Below are positions 48,123 through 59,346 of a stretch of DNA of 64,000 nt, piece after piece. This DNA is from Epithemia pelagica (taxonomy: Eukaryota > Protista > Bacillariophyta). The position numbers and the translations under genes were made by a program. Under the pieces are notes generated by a model. The model ran no database searches. It was not told where the DNA came from and saw only the letters and a program-made list of their open reading frames with translations. The DNA lies in assembly GCA_946965045.2 (NCBI GenBank), contig OX337234.1, forward strand, positions 3,792,737-3,856,736, in the 5' to 3' direction. The number at the start of each line of letters is the position of its first letter. Within the stretch, counting starts at the first letter, position 1.

Positions 48123-50630
48123 ATGGCTTCCCCCTCTAATAATGGGCCAGGGACTCCTTCTCCATCAAGGAGGAGACCAACGAAGAAAAAAAAGGAAGAG
48201 GACAAACTACAGGCTGTCGATGTCACGCTAGTGACCCCCTTTGGTATGGGATGTCGCCTATGTGGGAAACCGTTCGGAACCAGTCTATGGTCCATGCAAA
48301 GGCACCTTAATGGCCATGGTGTGTCTGTCTCACGTTCTGAAAGCCAGACACTGATAAAACATCAAATGACCCTCCTTCAAGGTGTTATGCAAGACATTTC
48401 AAGTGTCTCTCAATATATGAGGGGGGAAAAGGTCAAGGGCTATTCATGTCATTGTCTTGTTGGGAGCTTGAAACTTCAAAATGTGTACAGACATTTGTCC
48501 TCGGGTCGTACCTGCGGTGCTCCCTCCCCTACAGAAGAGGAACTACAAATCAGTACCTGTGGCCGTATGATTTCCCTCAAGGCATTACAGATCAAGTATT
48601 CCTGTCAAGAAGCCCCTTCACTCAAAACAAGCACACAACTACAAGCAACTCTTCATGTACTCCCCGATATGATGGGGTGTTTTGTACCCCTTTTCCATCC
48701 CTTGGCCCAAGACGAACCTTACCCATCCAGGCCCAAGGGAAGGTCATTCAAGGAACGAGTGCATTTCTTATATGACTCCATCAACTTGAAACACATCATT
48801 GACAATCAACCACTCTTTGATTTGTTGTACCATCAAGGAGAAAACTGGCTCACAGCACAGGCTGCCCTCCATGTCCAGATGGTTCCAGCAAATTACCGAT
48901 CAAGGCTGTTGGTCTTTGATGGAGCAAGAAGTCCCAATGCGATTTCTACTTTCACCTTCACTGCATACCCCAAAAGACTTCTCCCCGAGTTCAAGAAATT
49001 GCTCTCGTTCCTGTGTCAAAGCAACCACAAACTTCTGCCACTCACTAGAGATATTCCCTCTTTACTGGCAAAGCTTTGTTTAGAAACAGTGGATTCTGTT
49101 CAGCATCATACCACAGTCATGACCTACTGCGCGGGGAGAGTTGTCCGGGGGCAAGAAGGTTCAGAGACACTTTCTGTTTGGAGTCCCTCCTACATTGCGA
49201 CAATGCTGTCAGCCATTTTGGCCATGCTTCGGGCCAGTATTTGCTCAATGATATACTTCATGGGACGGGGCTACCATGAGAAAGCTTCTCGGCTGGTGGA
49301 AAATGTTCAAAACTCCATCACAGTCAATTTTTTGGCAAGTACGATTCGGCGTATGCGGGAGAGAGAGTCGCTCACACCGTCTTCACGGAAAGTGTCCCTT
49401 CAAGACAACTACGATATACTTGTTGATGGTTTTATGTTCAAGTTTCAAAAATGGTCGAACGTCATTCCGATCATCTTTGACAAGTTGGTTGCTTCACTTT
49501 GCAAGGTGATCAAGGGTAATCGTTGGGTGAATCTACTGAATCGACGATATCCACTGTTCGTGTGTTGGAGTTCTATGGGCAAGACAACAATGACTTTGGC
49601 ATCGGGTCACAATAATTACTCCCAAGAGGATATTGTTCTTCAGGACGACTATGATCTCTGCGACATTGATGTCCTTGCCTCCTATTTGAAATTGGCATTT
49701 CATGGAACAGGTTTGGGGTCCATGCGATACACTGAAATTTCTCGTAGCCTGTTTTCTGACGTGCGGTGGCATGGAGGCTGTGTGTATTACTACTCACACA
49801 GTGAAAAAGTGTTCAGTGTTCACCACAAAGGTAAAAATTTGACTGAGCACAAACTTTGCATGACCTTGAGTCGAGCATACATGGTCTTTCGAGTGCTATG
49901 TGAGCTTCGCCATGAATCTCTTGGTTGCCTTGTTCCTGTGAGAAATAATTGGGCATTCTACATGGGTGATGCTGTGGCAACCATCTTTGGGTTTGAGGAT
50001 CGCCTGGACTGTACACAAATCAGGCATTTGTGGACATCTGTGTCCAATGTACTTTTTCCCCAGGTGGATGAGACAGCAATACATAACCAGCATACAACTC
50101 AGATGGTCGCAGAGCAGTCGGGTCATAGTTATTGGACCCATAGAGATCATTATGGATCTCTATCCGGAAACACGAAAGAGGAGTTGTTCATGATATACCA
50201 CAAGGCTTTGGGAGAAAAATTGGTTCAGAAAGAGACAGTCATTGCGAAGGGACTCAGTGACGAACAGATACTACTCACATTACGTAAACTGTTTGGGCCT
50301 GCTGCCAATTACACTTGCGACTAGCAGCGGGACATGTTGCACTACACTTGCTCGGAATATGAGAGACATGGTCACTTTGGCTTGCCGTGTGGAGGGGGTA
50401 AATCGATGTCATGGATTTTGCCAACAACCGGGGTGAGGTTGTATGGAACCAAACAACAGACAACACTAGTCATTGTTCCCTATAAATTCCTGGCGGGATA
50501 TCATGACGAGAGTATGATATCTACGGCGAAACAGACTAAAGTTGATGTCAGATCAGTGACTTTGACAGCATCAGATTTCTCATTGGGTGAATTACCAGAT
50601 GTCATTTCTGACATGAAGAACCTTCCCTAA
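48123..50630 (+). pseudogene. Zinc-finger + tyrosine-recombinase-like + RecQ/SF2 helicase fusion (telomere-linked-helicase-like), copy A; premature TAG, helicase truncated
   Basis: CRLC...HLNGH finger; candidate R(MRYTE 49725)-K(49806)-RH(50022)-GH(50124)-Y(50151); same-frame continuation after TAG 50322-24 gives Walker A LPCGGGKS and motif Ia TLVIVP, then stops at 50630 before any DEAH. Confidence 0.7.
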
Positions 50631-50640
50631 TAGTTTTGCT

Positions 50641-50792
50641 AGGAATTGACCTTTTTCCGGTGCGCACTAAGTTCACTCTGTAGAATCACATGCGCGACCG
50701 GAAAAAGGTCGATTTCAAATCACTGTATTGCTGCGTGCTATATTTAGTGCGACCGGAAAAAGGTCGATTTCGACCGGAAAAAGGTCGATTTC
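50641..50792. repeat. Cluster of a 22-bp self-complementary motif (3 direct copies, 1 inverted)
   Basis: CGACCGGAAAAAGGTCGATTTC at 50695, 50750, 50771; imperfect inverted copy at 50641-50670. Confidence 0.9.
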
Positions 50793-50982
50793 AGAACCTA
50801 CATTAACTCTCCATAGTAAACCATATTCCTTCTTGTCGCTCAAAGATTTTGAGGTGAATGATCTCTGGTGTTAGGGCCTTTTCAGTTTTTGAGGTGAATG
50901 ACCCTCTTTAGGGCCTCTTTTTTGGCTGCAAAGGGTCATACGTCCCAAACCTATTTTGACCATAGGAACGACAACAGCCACC

Positions 50983-51879
50983 ATGGAGTTTGACGATTAC
51001 TTGGGGCTTGTGGACTTTGCCACACCCTGTGGCTTGGTCTGTAAACTCTGTGGTGGTGGTTTCCGAGCAAACATGAAGTGCCTTGCTCGTCACGCCAAGA
51101 ATTGCTCTGAGGTTCATGCAGTGTCATTTCGGTTCCCTGGAAGACATCTTGGAAAAAAGATACACGACTTGGTGGAGAATGCCAACAACCAACCGTTTGA
51201 TTGTTTCATACACGAGTCCAAGGAAACAGATATCAAGTATTTCTGTGGTCACTGCGACAAGATGTTTCACAAGAAGCTTTTGTGCGAGAAGCACACTGCT
51301 GGTTGTTGCAACAATGCTGAAGTGATTCCGAAGACCTTCCACAAGCTGAAGTGTGGATGCTTCATGCCAAGGCCCCAAAGAGAAACCATGCAGCAAGAAA
51401 CCAACTGGACCCCAATAATTCAAGTTGAGAATTCAACATTTACCATGCCGCTGCCCTGCAGCAGGTTACCCAACGAGTTTGCAAGTTCAATTGAACCATT
51501 ATTGCATCCAAGCGACACTTTGGGAAGGTGGCCCGATGTACTGAGTAATATGATTCCTGGCACGTTGGAGAATGCCCTTGGAGACATTGAACAAGGAATT
51601 ATGTTTGAAGCCGAGTATCATAAGAGAGGAAATAACACTGCAATCAACCGACTCTATCAGGTTGGTTGTTACCTTCTGGACAGGATGGCTTCGATCGTAA
51701 TGGGGATTCCAGCAGACATTCGGAGTCGGATTGCTAAGTTTGCTTTCCATGATGGTGATGTGGATCACTCATGGAATTTCAGCCATCGACATGATTATGA
51801 CAAACGAGTGAAACCTCTACTCCTCTCTCTCTTGTGTTTCCTGCATCAGAGGCAGTGGACGTCTAAGGAGGTTTTTTGA
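50983..51879 (+). pseudogene. Copy B: N-terminal part of a diverged paralog of copy A
   Basis: GCCACCATGG start; FATPCGLVCKLCGGGF vs LVTPFGMGCRLCGKPF; IPADIRSRIAKF vs VPANYRSRLLVF; YDKRVKPLLLSLLCFL vs YPKRLLPEFKKLLSFL. Confidence 0.7.
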
Positions 51880-51906
51880 AGATAAGTGACTGGAATTCCA
51901 CCAACA

Positions 51907-52087
51907 GGCGCGTGACACACGCCCAATAGGCGCGTGCAGCACCCCCAGAACAAGGATCACGCGCATTTGGCGCGTACGAAGCGCGTGGCGCTCCAGATTG
52001 CGCGTGAATGCGCGTGAAACGTGTAGACAACGCGTGAAACGTGTTGACACCCGCGTGAGCATGTTTATTGTATGTGGAAACGCGTGC
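51907..52087. repeat. Dispersed CGCGT(G) motif array (~10 copies)
   Basis: For example GGCGCGTGAC, GGCGCGTGCA, TGCGCGTGAA x2, AACGCGTGAA, CCGCGTGA, AACGCGTGCA. Confidence 0.75.
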
Positions 52088-52387
52088 ACAGAGCCTAACC
52101 TTTGCCTAGATACCTAACTACTAGCTACACATATAACACCTAGTATTCCAGTCGCACGTAAACTCCAAAAGCGACCCACAAATTTCTCCTCCACCACCAA
52201 ATCACGTCACAGTGACATACGAAGAACAATGGACACAAAATCACAGAAGAACGCTGAAAATTAGATTTTCCTCACACAACAACCACACAAAAGATATACT
52301 CTCCCACTTTTGTGATCACTTTTTGACGATAGTGTCATAGAGTGGCTCATCCAACTCACACCAACCCCCAACGCCCCAAAAAACACA

Positions 52388-52441
52388 CAACAGCAGCAAC
52401 AACAACAACAACAACAACACAACAGCAACAACAACAACAAC
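52388..52441. repeat. (CAA/CAG)n microsatellite
   Basis: Direct reading of the sequence. Confidence 0.9.
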
Positions 52442-52502
52442 ATCTACAACAAACAGGCGAACACAAAGAGAATCATTTCCTTTTTCAAATTGGAAAGGTG
52501 CT

Positions 52503-54657
52503 AGGTAAGCCAAGTCGACAAGACAACAGTGAGAGTTCGTTTTGTCGTTTTCCTATATGCCCACTAATCATTTTCTTCTGTTTCCATGAAAACCCAACCA
52601 TGTGATCGCTGTTTGGCAACTATTTCTTCCCTCCTATCATCCCACAAGACAATTTTCAACGCTCTGAACGACTGGATTGATGGTTCTGTTTGAAAAAGGG
52701 CGAAGACACCAAGTTGGTGCACCCATTTCATTCTCCCATCAATTTCCATCGACCAAAACTGGTTGGATTGCTGGATTGCCGCTGCTTCTTCCCTCCTATT
52801 ATCCCAGAAGACCATTTTCAACGATCTGAACGGTCGGATTGGTGAGGATTCTATTGAACAAAGGGCAAAAAGGTAAGCCAAGTCGACAAGACAACAGTGA
52901 GAGTTCGTTTTGTCGTTTTCCTACATGCCCACTAATCATTTTCTTCTGTTTCCATGAAAACCCAACCATGTGATCGCTGTTTGGCAACTATTTCTTCCCT
53001 CCTATCATCCCACAAGACAATTTTCAACGCTTTGAACGACTGGATTGGTGGTTCTGTTTGAAAAAGGGCGAAGACACCAAGTTGGTGCACCCATTTCATT
53101 CTCCCATCAATTTCCATCGACCAAAACTGGTTGGATTGCTGGATTGCCGCTGCTTCTTCCCTCCTATTATCCCAGAAGACCATTTTCAACGATCTGAACG
53201 GTCGGATTGGTGAGGATTCTATTGAACAAAGGGCAAAAGACACCAAGTTGGTGCACCCTCTTCCTTCACCCCTCCATCTCCATCGACCAAGACCCTGTTG
53301 GATTGCTGTGTTGCTACCCCTCTTCAATTGGAACAAGGGCCGAGACACCAAGTTGGTGCACCCATTTCCTTCACCCCTCCATTTCCATCGATTAAGACCC
53401 TGTTGGATTGCTGTGTTGCTACTCCTTCTCGATTGGAACAAGGGCCGAGACACCAAGTTGGTGCACCCATTTCCTTCACCCCTCCATTTCCATCAACCAA
53501 GACCCTGTTGGATTGCTGTGTTGCTACTCATTCCCGATTGGAACAAGGGCTGAGACACCAAGTTGGTGCACCCTCTTCCTTCACCCCTCCATTTCCATCG
53601 ATTAAGACCCTGTTGGATTGCTGTATTGCTACTCCTTCTCAATTGGAACAAGGGCCGAGACACCAAATTGGTGCACCCATTTCCCTCACCCCTCCATTTC
53701 CATCAACCAAGACCCTGTTGGATTGCTGTGTTGCTACTCCTTCCCGACTGGAACAAGGGCTGAGACACCAAGTTGGTGCACCCATTTCCTTCACCCCTCC
53801 ATTTCCATCGACCAAGACCCCGTTGGATTGCTGTGTTGCTACTCCTTCTTGATTGGAACAAGGGCTGAGACACCAAGTTGGTGCACCCATTTCCTTCACC
53901 CCTCCATTTCCATCGACCAAGACCCCGTTGGATTGCTGTGTTGCTACCCCTCTTCAATTGGAACAAGGGCTGAGACACCAAGTTGGTGCACCCATTTCCT
54001 TCACCCCTCCATCTCCATCGACCAAGACCGTGTTGGATTGCTGTGTTGCTACTCCTTCCCGACTGGAACAAGGGCTGAGACACCAAGTTGGTGCACCCAT
54101 TTCCTTCACCCCTCCATCTCCATCGACCAAGACCCCGTTGGATTGCTGTGTTGCTACTCCTTCTTGATTGGAACAAGGGCTGAGACACCAAGTTGGTGCA
54201 CCCATTTCCTTCACCCCTTCATCTCCATCGACCTTGACCCTGTTGGATTGCTGTGTTGCCACTCCTTCTCGATTGGAACAAGGATCAAGACACCAAGTTG
54301 GTGCACCCAATTTTCACTCCTCCATCACCATCGACCAAGACCTTGTTGGATTGCTGTGTTGCTACTCCTTCCCTATTGGAACAAGGGCCGAGACACCAAG
54401 TTGGTGCACCCCTCTCCATCCCTCCTTCATCTACATCGACCAAGAAGACCCCATTGGATTGCTGTATCTTGATTGGTGGTTCTGTTGAAGGGCCAAGACA
54501 CCAAGTTGTTGTGCCCCCATACTTCTATCTTCTATCTCTATCGACCAAGACCCTATGGGACTGTTGTATTTGCTACTGATTCTTGACTGGAAGGACCGAG
54601 ACATCAAGTTGGTACACCCATATCCCTCACTCCTCCATCCCTATCGACCAAGACCCT
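52503..54657. repeat. Subtelomeric satellite: two 368-bp units, then ~13.5 copies of a 105-bp monomer
   Basis: 368-bp period (52503, 52871); GACACCAAGTTGGTGCACCC recurs every 105 bp from 53239 to 54289, then at 54392, 54497, 54600. Confidence 0.95.
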
Positions 54658-54773
54658 CCAGGGTTTCCATCACGCAAGCTTGAGAAACGGTAGTATCAAG
54701 TTGCATCGGAACCCTGCATCGAAAGAAAATTTCTCCTCGTTTCTTCCCCAAGCTGATTGAATCGCACGTTAAT

Positions 54774-57700
54774 ATGGCTGATTCGGTAGAAGATTCCGAT
54801 CGATATTTCCCAGACTTGATATGTTATGAATATACAATCGAGTGGTATCGTTCTGTTTATTCCAACACTGATAATTGGACAGATTTCTCCACTACATATG
54901 GAGGTGAAACCATATTCGTATCCCTCTTGCGCTGTGGATCAAGTATTTTCAGTGATATCGCCTCGCATGCTGCTGTTTGTTTCCCGAAGATACTGAGACT
55001 TGTAGAGACGATCGAAGAACAACAAGAGGGAAACAAGAGTGACGGAGCTGGTAGTTTTATTTCACCAGGAATCGACCTATTCGAACAAACTCTATATGGA
55101 GACGCACTTCGTCTGTGGGACAAGGAATTCCCGTCAACGACAAGATCAAAGTCGAGCGCAAGCTTTACTCGATCCCTCAAAGTGTTTCTTGGAGCCCATC
55201 CTATGCTCGCTGATATTGTCCTCAACTCGTATTCGATGGAGAGACGGCTTAATGTCGTGGCTGCAAAAATATTGGACTACATGACGTCTGATAGATCGAA
55301 GTTTCGGAAAGACAGAACAATAGCAGTCCGAGAAATGGTTTGGAGCGTTCAACATATGGCAGCTGTCTATCGGGTATTGGAATCTGACTCCTATGAAATG
55401 GAAGGAGTCGATGTTGAAAAAGCATTAGCCCTTACACTTCCTGATTGCTGGTTTCGTCCTTATTTTGACATACCAAGAGCTGCTAAGTATCCCGCGAACG
55501 ACTATTCCAATTTGGCGGTTCTAATTTCATATTACCAGACGATGGAACGAGAATACGCTACAAAGACGAAGGAGTATCAGAAGGGGCGACATGAACAACG
55601 ATCTCAAGACAGGAAACGCCGTAAACGAGCGTCAGACAGTAGATGTGATGGTGCAACAAGTTCTACCATTTTCACTGTTTCAAATAACGAGAGCAAATCA
55701 CCATCTCAGTCTCTGTCAGCGACTGAGGAGGATCGGAGTTCCATTTTTGATACTCTTGCATTGAAAAAGAAACCACAAAAAGGAAAACAAGCGACGACAA
55801 AAAAATCTTCCTCTCAATCAAAGGTGGGTCTGTTGGAAAGTAAATCACATGTTGACCACGGTAGCGACAAACCTAAAGGAATACCAAAGAAACCACCTCC
55901 TCTCAAGAATAAACCTGGTCCATCAGACGACCTTGCATCTTTCACTAACGACCGTTTGATTCATATGGCTAACTGGTCCCTCAAACAGTCGATGTCAGCG
56001 ATCAATGAAGCTTGGGATCTCTGTAAAGAAAGTGCCGTTCGACGTAAGGGAAGCATCCATGAAGTTGTTTTGCGATTTGTCTTTACCTGTGCTTGCTGTA
56101 CCAACAAGAATGGTTCTCTACAACATGACAATGGGAAAATGGACGTCCTTTTTGTCCCACATCGCCAGTACAGACGAAACCTTTTGCTACGGACGAATTC
56201 TCAAGAGACGACTGAGTTTAAGGGGATCCCTCCCCTCATATTCAGGTCGATGCTTGTGCTGGTGGTTCATAAATGGCACAACAAGTCCGTTTGCTTTGAG
56301 CAAATCGACGAAGATAGTCTGAGAATGGACACGACGACTGCAATGGATTTGACTTCGTCATCTTCCGATACTACATTGGTCGTCGTCACTACCAAGTATG
56401 AAGCTTTTGATCCCGTCTTAATCCTCTTACAAGCACATCAAAGAGAAGTGTTGATATTCGATCCATTATCGACAAGGGATATTCGCTCGTGGAGGCCTAC
56501 AGTGATTCGATGTCTACGGAAACTAAGGCTATTGGACGACGAAAAGAAAATCCAATCATTCTTGAGCGTTGATATAATGGAAGAGCTCGTTGGATGTGAC
56601 TGGAGATTCATTTATAAGAAGTATCCGAATCCGGTGGCACCAAGTGCGTGTACGCTTCCCCAAGTATCAATCATATGTGTGATCGACGAGATCCTGTCAA
56701 AGGCGTCCCCTAATATGTCCTGTGATCAGATGATGGGGAAATGGGCTCAAGAATTGCCATCGTGTAGGCGAGAATGTCACAAGGCCTGCAATCATATCGT
56801 GAGTACGGCTATCAATAAAGCGAAACGTGATTCGACTCTGCGTGTATGTTTCAAGGACGTTAATGACGATACACGTCCAAGGATCAAACGCAGTCGCCGG
56901 TTTATAATGGAAGGGAAAGATCGAGGGGAGGTAATGGAAGATATGCTGGATTCCGACGATGAACGATTCGAGGACATTAAAGTGATACAAGAGATTACAG
57001 AAGCGGACAAGGCGCTCGAACGACTTCACGAAGATCGGCGATTTTTGGATCTGGTACGAACATTGAACGATGAAGATCAGAAAGAGGCACTCTGTTCCAC
57101 TTGTGGGACTTCATTGCTTAAAAAGGATCTGGATAGAAGTCGGACCTTTTCTATCGTGAGTTGGACAAGGCAAGAAACCTCCAACTGTCCTCATTATCAT
57201 TGTCCAACATGTACTTTCATCCGGAATTCGGTGAAGAATCGATTTTGTTCCATATGCGGTCATATGCATGCTGAGCTAATACCACACGATCTACATGAGA
57301 CAGAATTAATCGCGAAGAAAGACAAGACAATCGTCCTAGACGAATATGATGAAGACTCCGAACAATATTGTGCCATATGCCACGGACAGCGTCCTAACGA
57401 CTGTCGGATCGAGAGATGCGGGCACAAGTTTTGTCGGGTGTGTCTTGGTCAAGTCCTTACCACCGAAAAACAAGTTCCTATGGGGAAACAGAAATCGACA
57501 CCTCCTGAAATGAACGAGAGTTGCCCTTTGTGCAACGGAGATATTGCTTCGATTACGTACACCAATGCACATGATGGTTCAGTTGAAGAAGTTGGCGTGT
57601 CAAAAGAGGAACATCGTGGTCTCTACAGACCGGTCCCTGTATTTCCAGAGACAGCATGGGGTCGTGTACCGTTGGAAACTCTCCGTTTCATGAGTAAAAA

Positions 57701-57785
57701 ACAACAAAAGGAGAAGAATAGGAGAGACCAAACTGCATCTTCTACTGTCACGATCAGTAACACAGAAGCGAAAAGGCAAGTCTGA
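54774..57785 (+). CDS. 1003-aa unknown protein with two C-terminal RING-like fingers and a possible degenerate Ulp1-like segment
   Basis: CSTC...CPHYHCPTC...CSIC and CAIC...CGHKFCRVC...CPLC; VLILLQAHQREVLIFDPL resembles the Ulp1 core strand but lacks the His. Confidence 0.75.
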   Translation: MADSVEDSDRYFPDLICYEYTIEWYRSVYSNTDNWTDFSTTYGGETIFVSLLRCGSSIFSDIASHAAVCFPKILRLVETIEEQQEGNKSDGAGSFISPGIDLFEQTLYGDALRLWDKEFPSTTRSKSSASFTRSLKVFLGAHPMLADIVLNSYSMERRLNVVAAKILDYMTSDRSKFRKDRTIAVREMVWSVQHMAAVYRVLESDSYEMEGVDVEKALALTLPDCWFRPYFDIPRAAKYPANDYSNLAVLISYYQTMEREYATKTKEYQKGRHEQRSQDRKRRKRASDSRCDGATSSTIFTVSNNESKSPSQSLSATEEDRSSIFDTLALKKKPQKGKQATTKKSSSQSKVGLLESKSHVDHGSDKPKGIPKKPPPLKNKPGPSDDLASFTNDRLIHMANWSLKQSMSAINEAWDLCKESAVRRKGSIHEVVLRFVFTCACCTNKNGSLQHDNGKMDVLFVPHRQYRRNLLLRTNSQETTEFKGIPPLIFRSMLVLVVHKWHNKSVCFEQIDEDSLRMDTTTAMDLTSSSSDTTLVVVTTKYEAFDPVLILLQAHQREVLIFDPLSTRDIRSWRPTVIRCLRKLRLLDDEKKIQSFLSVDIMEELVGCDWRFIYKKYPNPVAPSACTLPQVSIICVIDEILSKASPNMSCDQMMGKWAQELPSCRRECHKACNHIVSTAINKAKRDSTLRVCFKDVNDDTRPRIKRSRRFIMEGKDRGEVMEDMLDSDDERFEDIKVIQEITEADKALERLHEDRRFLDLVRTLNDEDQKEALCSTCGTSLLKKDLDRSRTFSIVSWTRQETSNCPHYHCPTCTFIRNSVKNRFCSICGHMHAELIPHDLHETELIAKKDKTIVLDEYDEDSEQYCAICHGQRPNDCRIERCGHKFCRVCLGQVLTTEKQVPMGKQKSTPPEMNESCPLCNGDIASITYTNAHDGSVEEVGVSKEEHRGLYRPVPVFPETAWGRVPLETLRFMSKKQQKEKNRRDQTASSTVTISNTEAKRQV

Positions 57786-57964
57786 TCTATATTATTAGTA
57801 CTCTCGATCAAAAGAAGAGACATTCTAGTTTCAGGTATTTGGCATTTCTATCCGCGTACTAACTATGTCTTTGTACTACAAGAAGTTCGGAAACGACAAG
57901 CACACATCCTAGAGCGGAGGCGACATCCATAAAGAAGAAACATATTCGTCCCACTTTCGAAGAT

Positions 57965-59089
57965 ATGGCATCGGATCAGACGATTTCGAGACTCACATGT
58001 ACACGGGAGACCTATGCCAAGTACGAAAAGAAGAAAACGCAACGTATAAGTGAAACAGTGGTCGCCATGTCGCATCGGAACGAAAGCGCACACGAAAGAA
58101 TGTGCTACTTTGTCTTGGACAAGGATATCGATCGAATAAGGATGCTATCGCATCTACTGCAGCGTTGCTTTGGAAGTTACGACGATCAAGATTGTTTTGG
58201 TTTGTCGTTCGAAAAAGAGATGATACAACGGAAGGTCGATATGAAAGATATCTCGAGTGTCTTTGCACGTATCCCAGAAATATACAACAAGGCTATGGAT
58301 TATGTTGTGGAGACAAGAGATGACGTTGTCAGTCATTCGAACATTATACCAGAATGTTGTCCTATGATTGTAACTCAAATCCCGGTGGGTCTTGTAACTA
58401 AAACGATCCACAATGCATTCATATTGGAATGTACCTTGTCGAGGACAAGATATAGAGAAATCAGGAAAAAGACAACACATGTGTCGTCCTCTATATTCGA
58501 AGATCCTGTCATGATGATTCGGACTAACAAAAATTTATGTCTTGACGAAAATGATCACCTCTTCAGAGATATCATTATCCTCTTCCCTTTGGCTGGGGTT
58601 TTTTATACATGTGTGCGTCAATTTCAAGAACTATCAAGGTCGTCCAACATCACATCGTCATCAGTCCCACTACCGTTGTCTTGGTTACGTCTGCGACACA
58701 AAGATGGCCAACCTGCAAGTAATGCATTCTTGAAAAAAATTCATCGTTGTTGGAGTCTAGATTGGGGTGAACATCTTACTAATAATGACAAAACTGTGAA
58801 GGAATGTTACCAATGGTCCGATGTGGAGGATGGGAGCCCACTTTTACCTCCTGACGTGTACCTCGATGACAAGGGAAAGATCGAAAAGCCAGGGAATAAA
58901 CAGTCGATGACACATCACATGTCACGGGAACAATATCGAACAAGGCTGATTATAAACAGGAATGACTCAGATAAGAAAGGGAGTCGGAGATATGTTAGTG
59001 GTGCTTTGCATCGAAACCTGGTTGTGGATGGATATGGTTTACCCCCACCCCCCCGCCCATCCACCCATACTATTCTACATAAACTATGA
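57965..59089 (+). CDS. 374-aa hypothetical protein (weak SET-like segment)
   Basis: Long ATG-initiated ORF co-oriented with its neighbours; PVMMIRTNKNL...DHLFRD only faintly SET-like; a C-run near the end may hide a frameshift. Confidence 0.55.
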   Translation: MASDQTISRLTCTRETYAKYEKKKTQRISETVVAMSHRNESAHERMCYFVLDKDIDRIRMLSHLLQRCFGSYDDQDCFGLSFEKEMIQRKVDMKDISSVFARIPEIYNKAMDYVVETRDDVVSHSNIIPECCPMIVTQIPVGLVTKTIHNAFILECTLSRTRYREIRKKTTHVSSSIFEDPVMMIRTNKNLCLDENDHLFRDIIILFPLAGVFYTCVRQFQELSRSSNITSSSVPLPLSWLRLRHKDGQPASNAFLKKIHRCWSLDWGEHLTNNDKTVKECYQWSDVEDGSPLLPPDVYLDDKGKIEKPGNKQSMTHHMSREQYRTRLIINRNDSDKKGSRRYVSGALHRNLVVDGYGLPPPPRPSTHTILHKL

Positions 59090-59346
59090 GTCTATCGGTA
59101 CATGGGATCGGAACGAACACAAATGCCCATGTGGCATTGGTCGTTTGAATGTATAATTGTCGCCTGTCAATTTGGTTCAATTCAAAAAAAACCGGGTGTA
59201 CTCGGAACAAACGGCTCGACTTTTGAAAGTTGATAGTCGAAAGGTAAGACCTCAATGAAAACGGATTGGCATAACATTCTCCTCTTGTTGCACCCAAAAC
59301 TCATTGCATTGTCAACACTTCTTATATCAGGTATACTCTTCTTGTC

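Noticed and set aside
52261-52605. Poly-Cys/poly-Leu/poly-Gln ORFs
   Set aside because: Translations of the (CAA)n microsatellite.
52932-54579. Many repetitive ORFs on both strands
   Set aside because: The 105-bp monomer equals 35 codons, so several frames stay open by arithmetic; no frame is preferred. Treated as satellite.
50695-54657. CRISPR-like arrays (22-bp repeats; 105-bp repeats)
   Set aside because: No unique spacers of regular length (33 bp and 0 bp in the 22-mer cluster; whole units repeat in the satellite), no cas genes, eukaryotic context.
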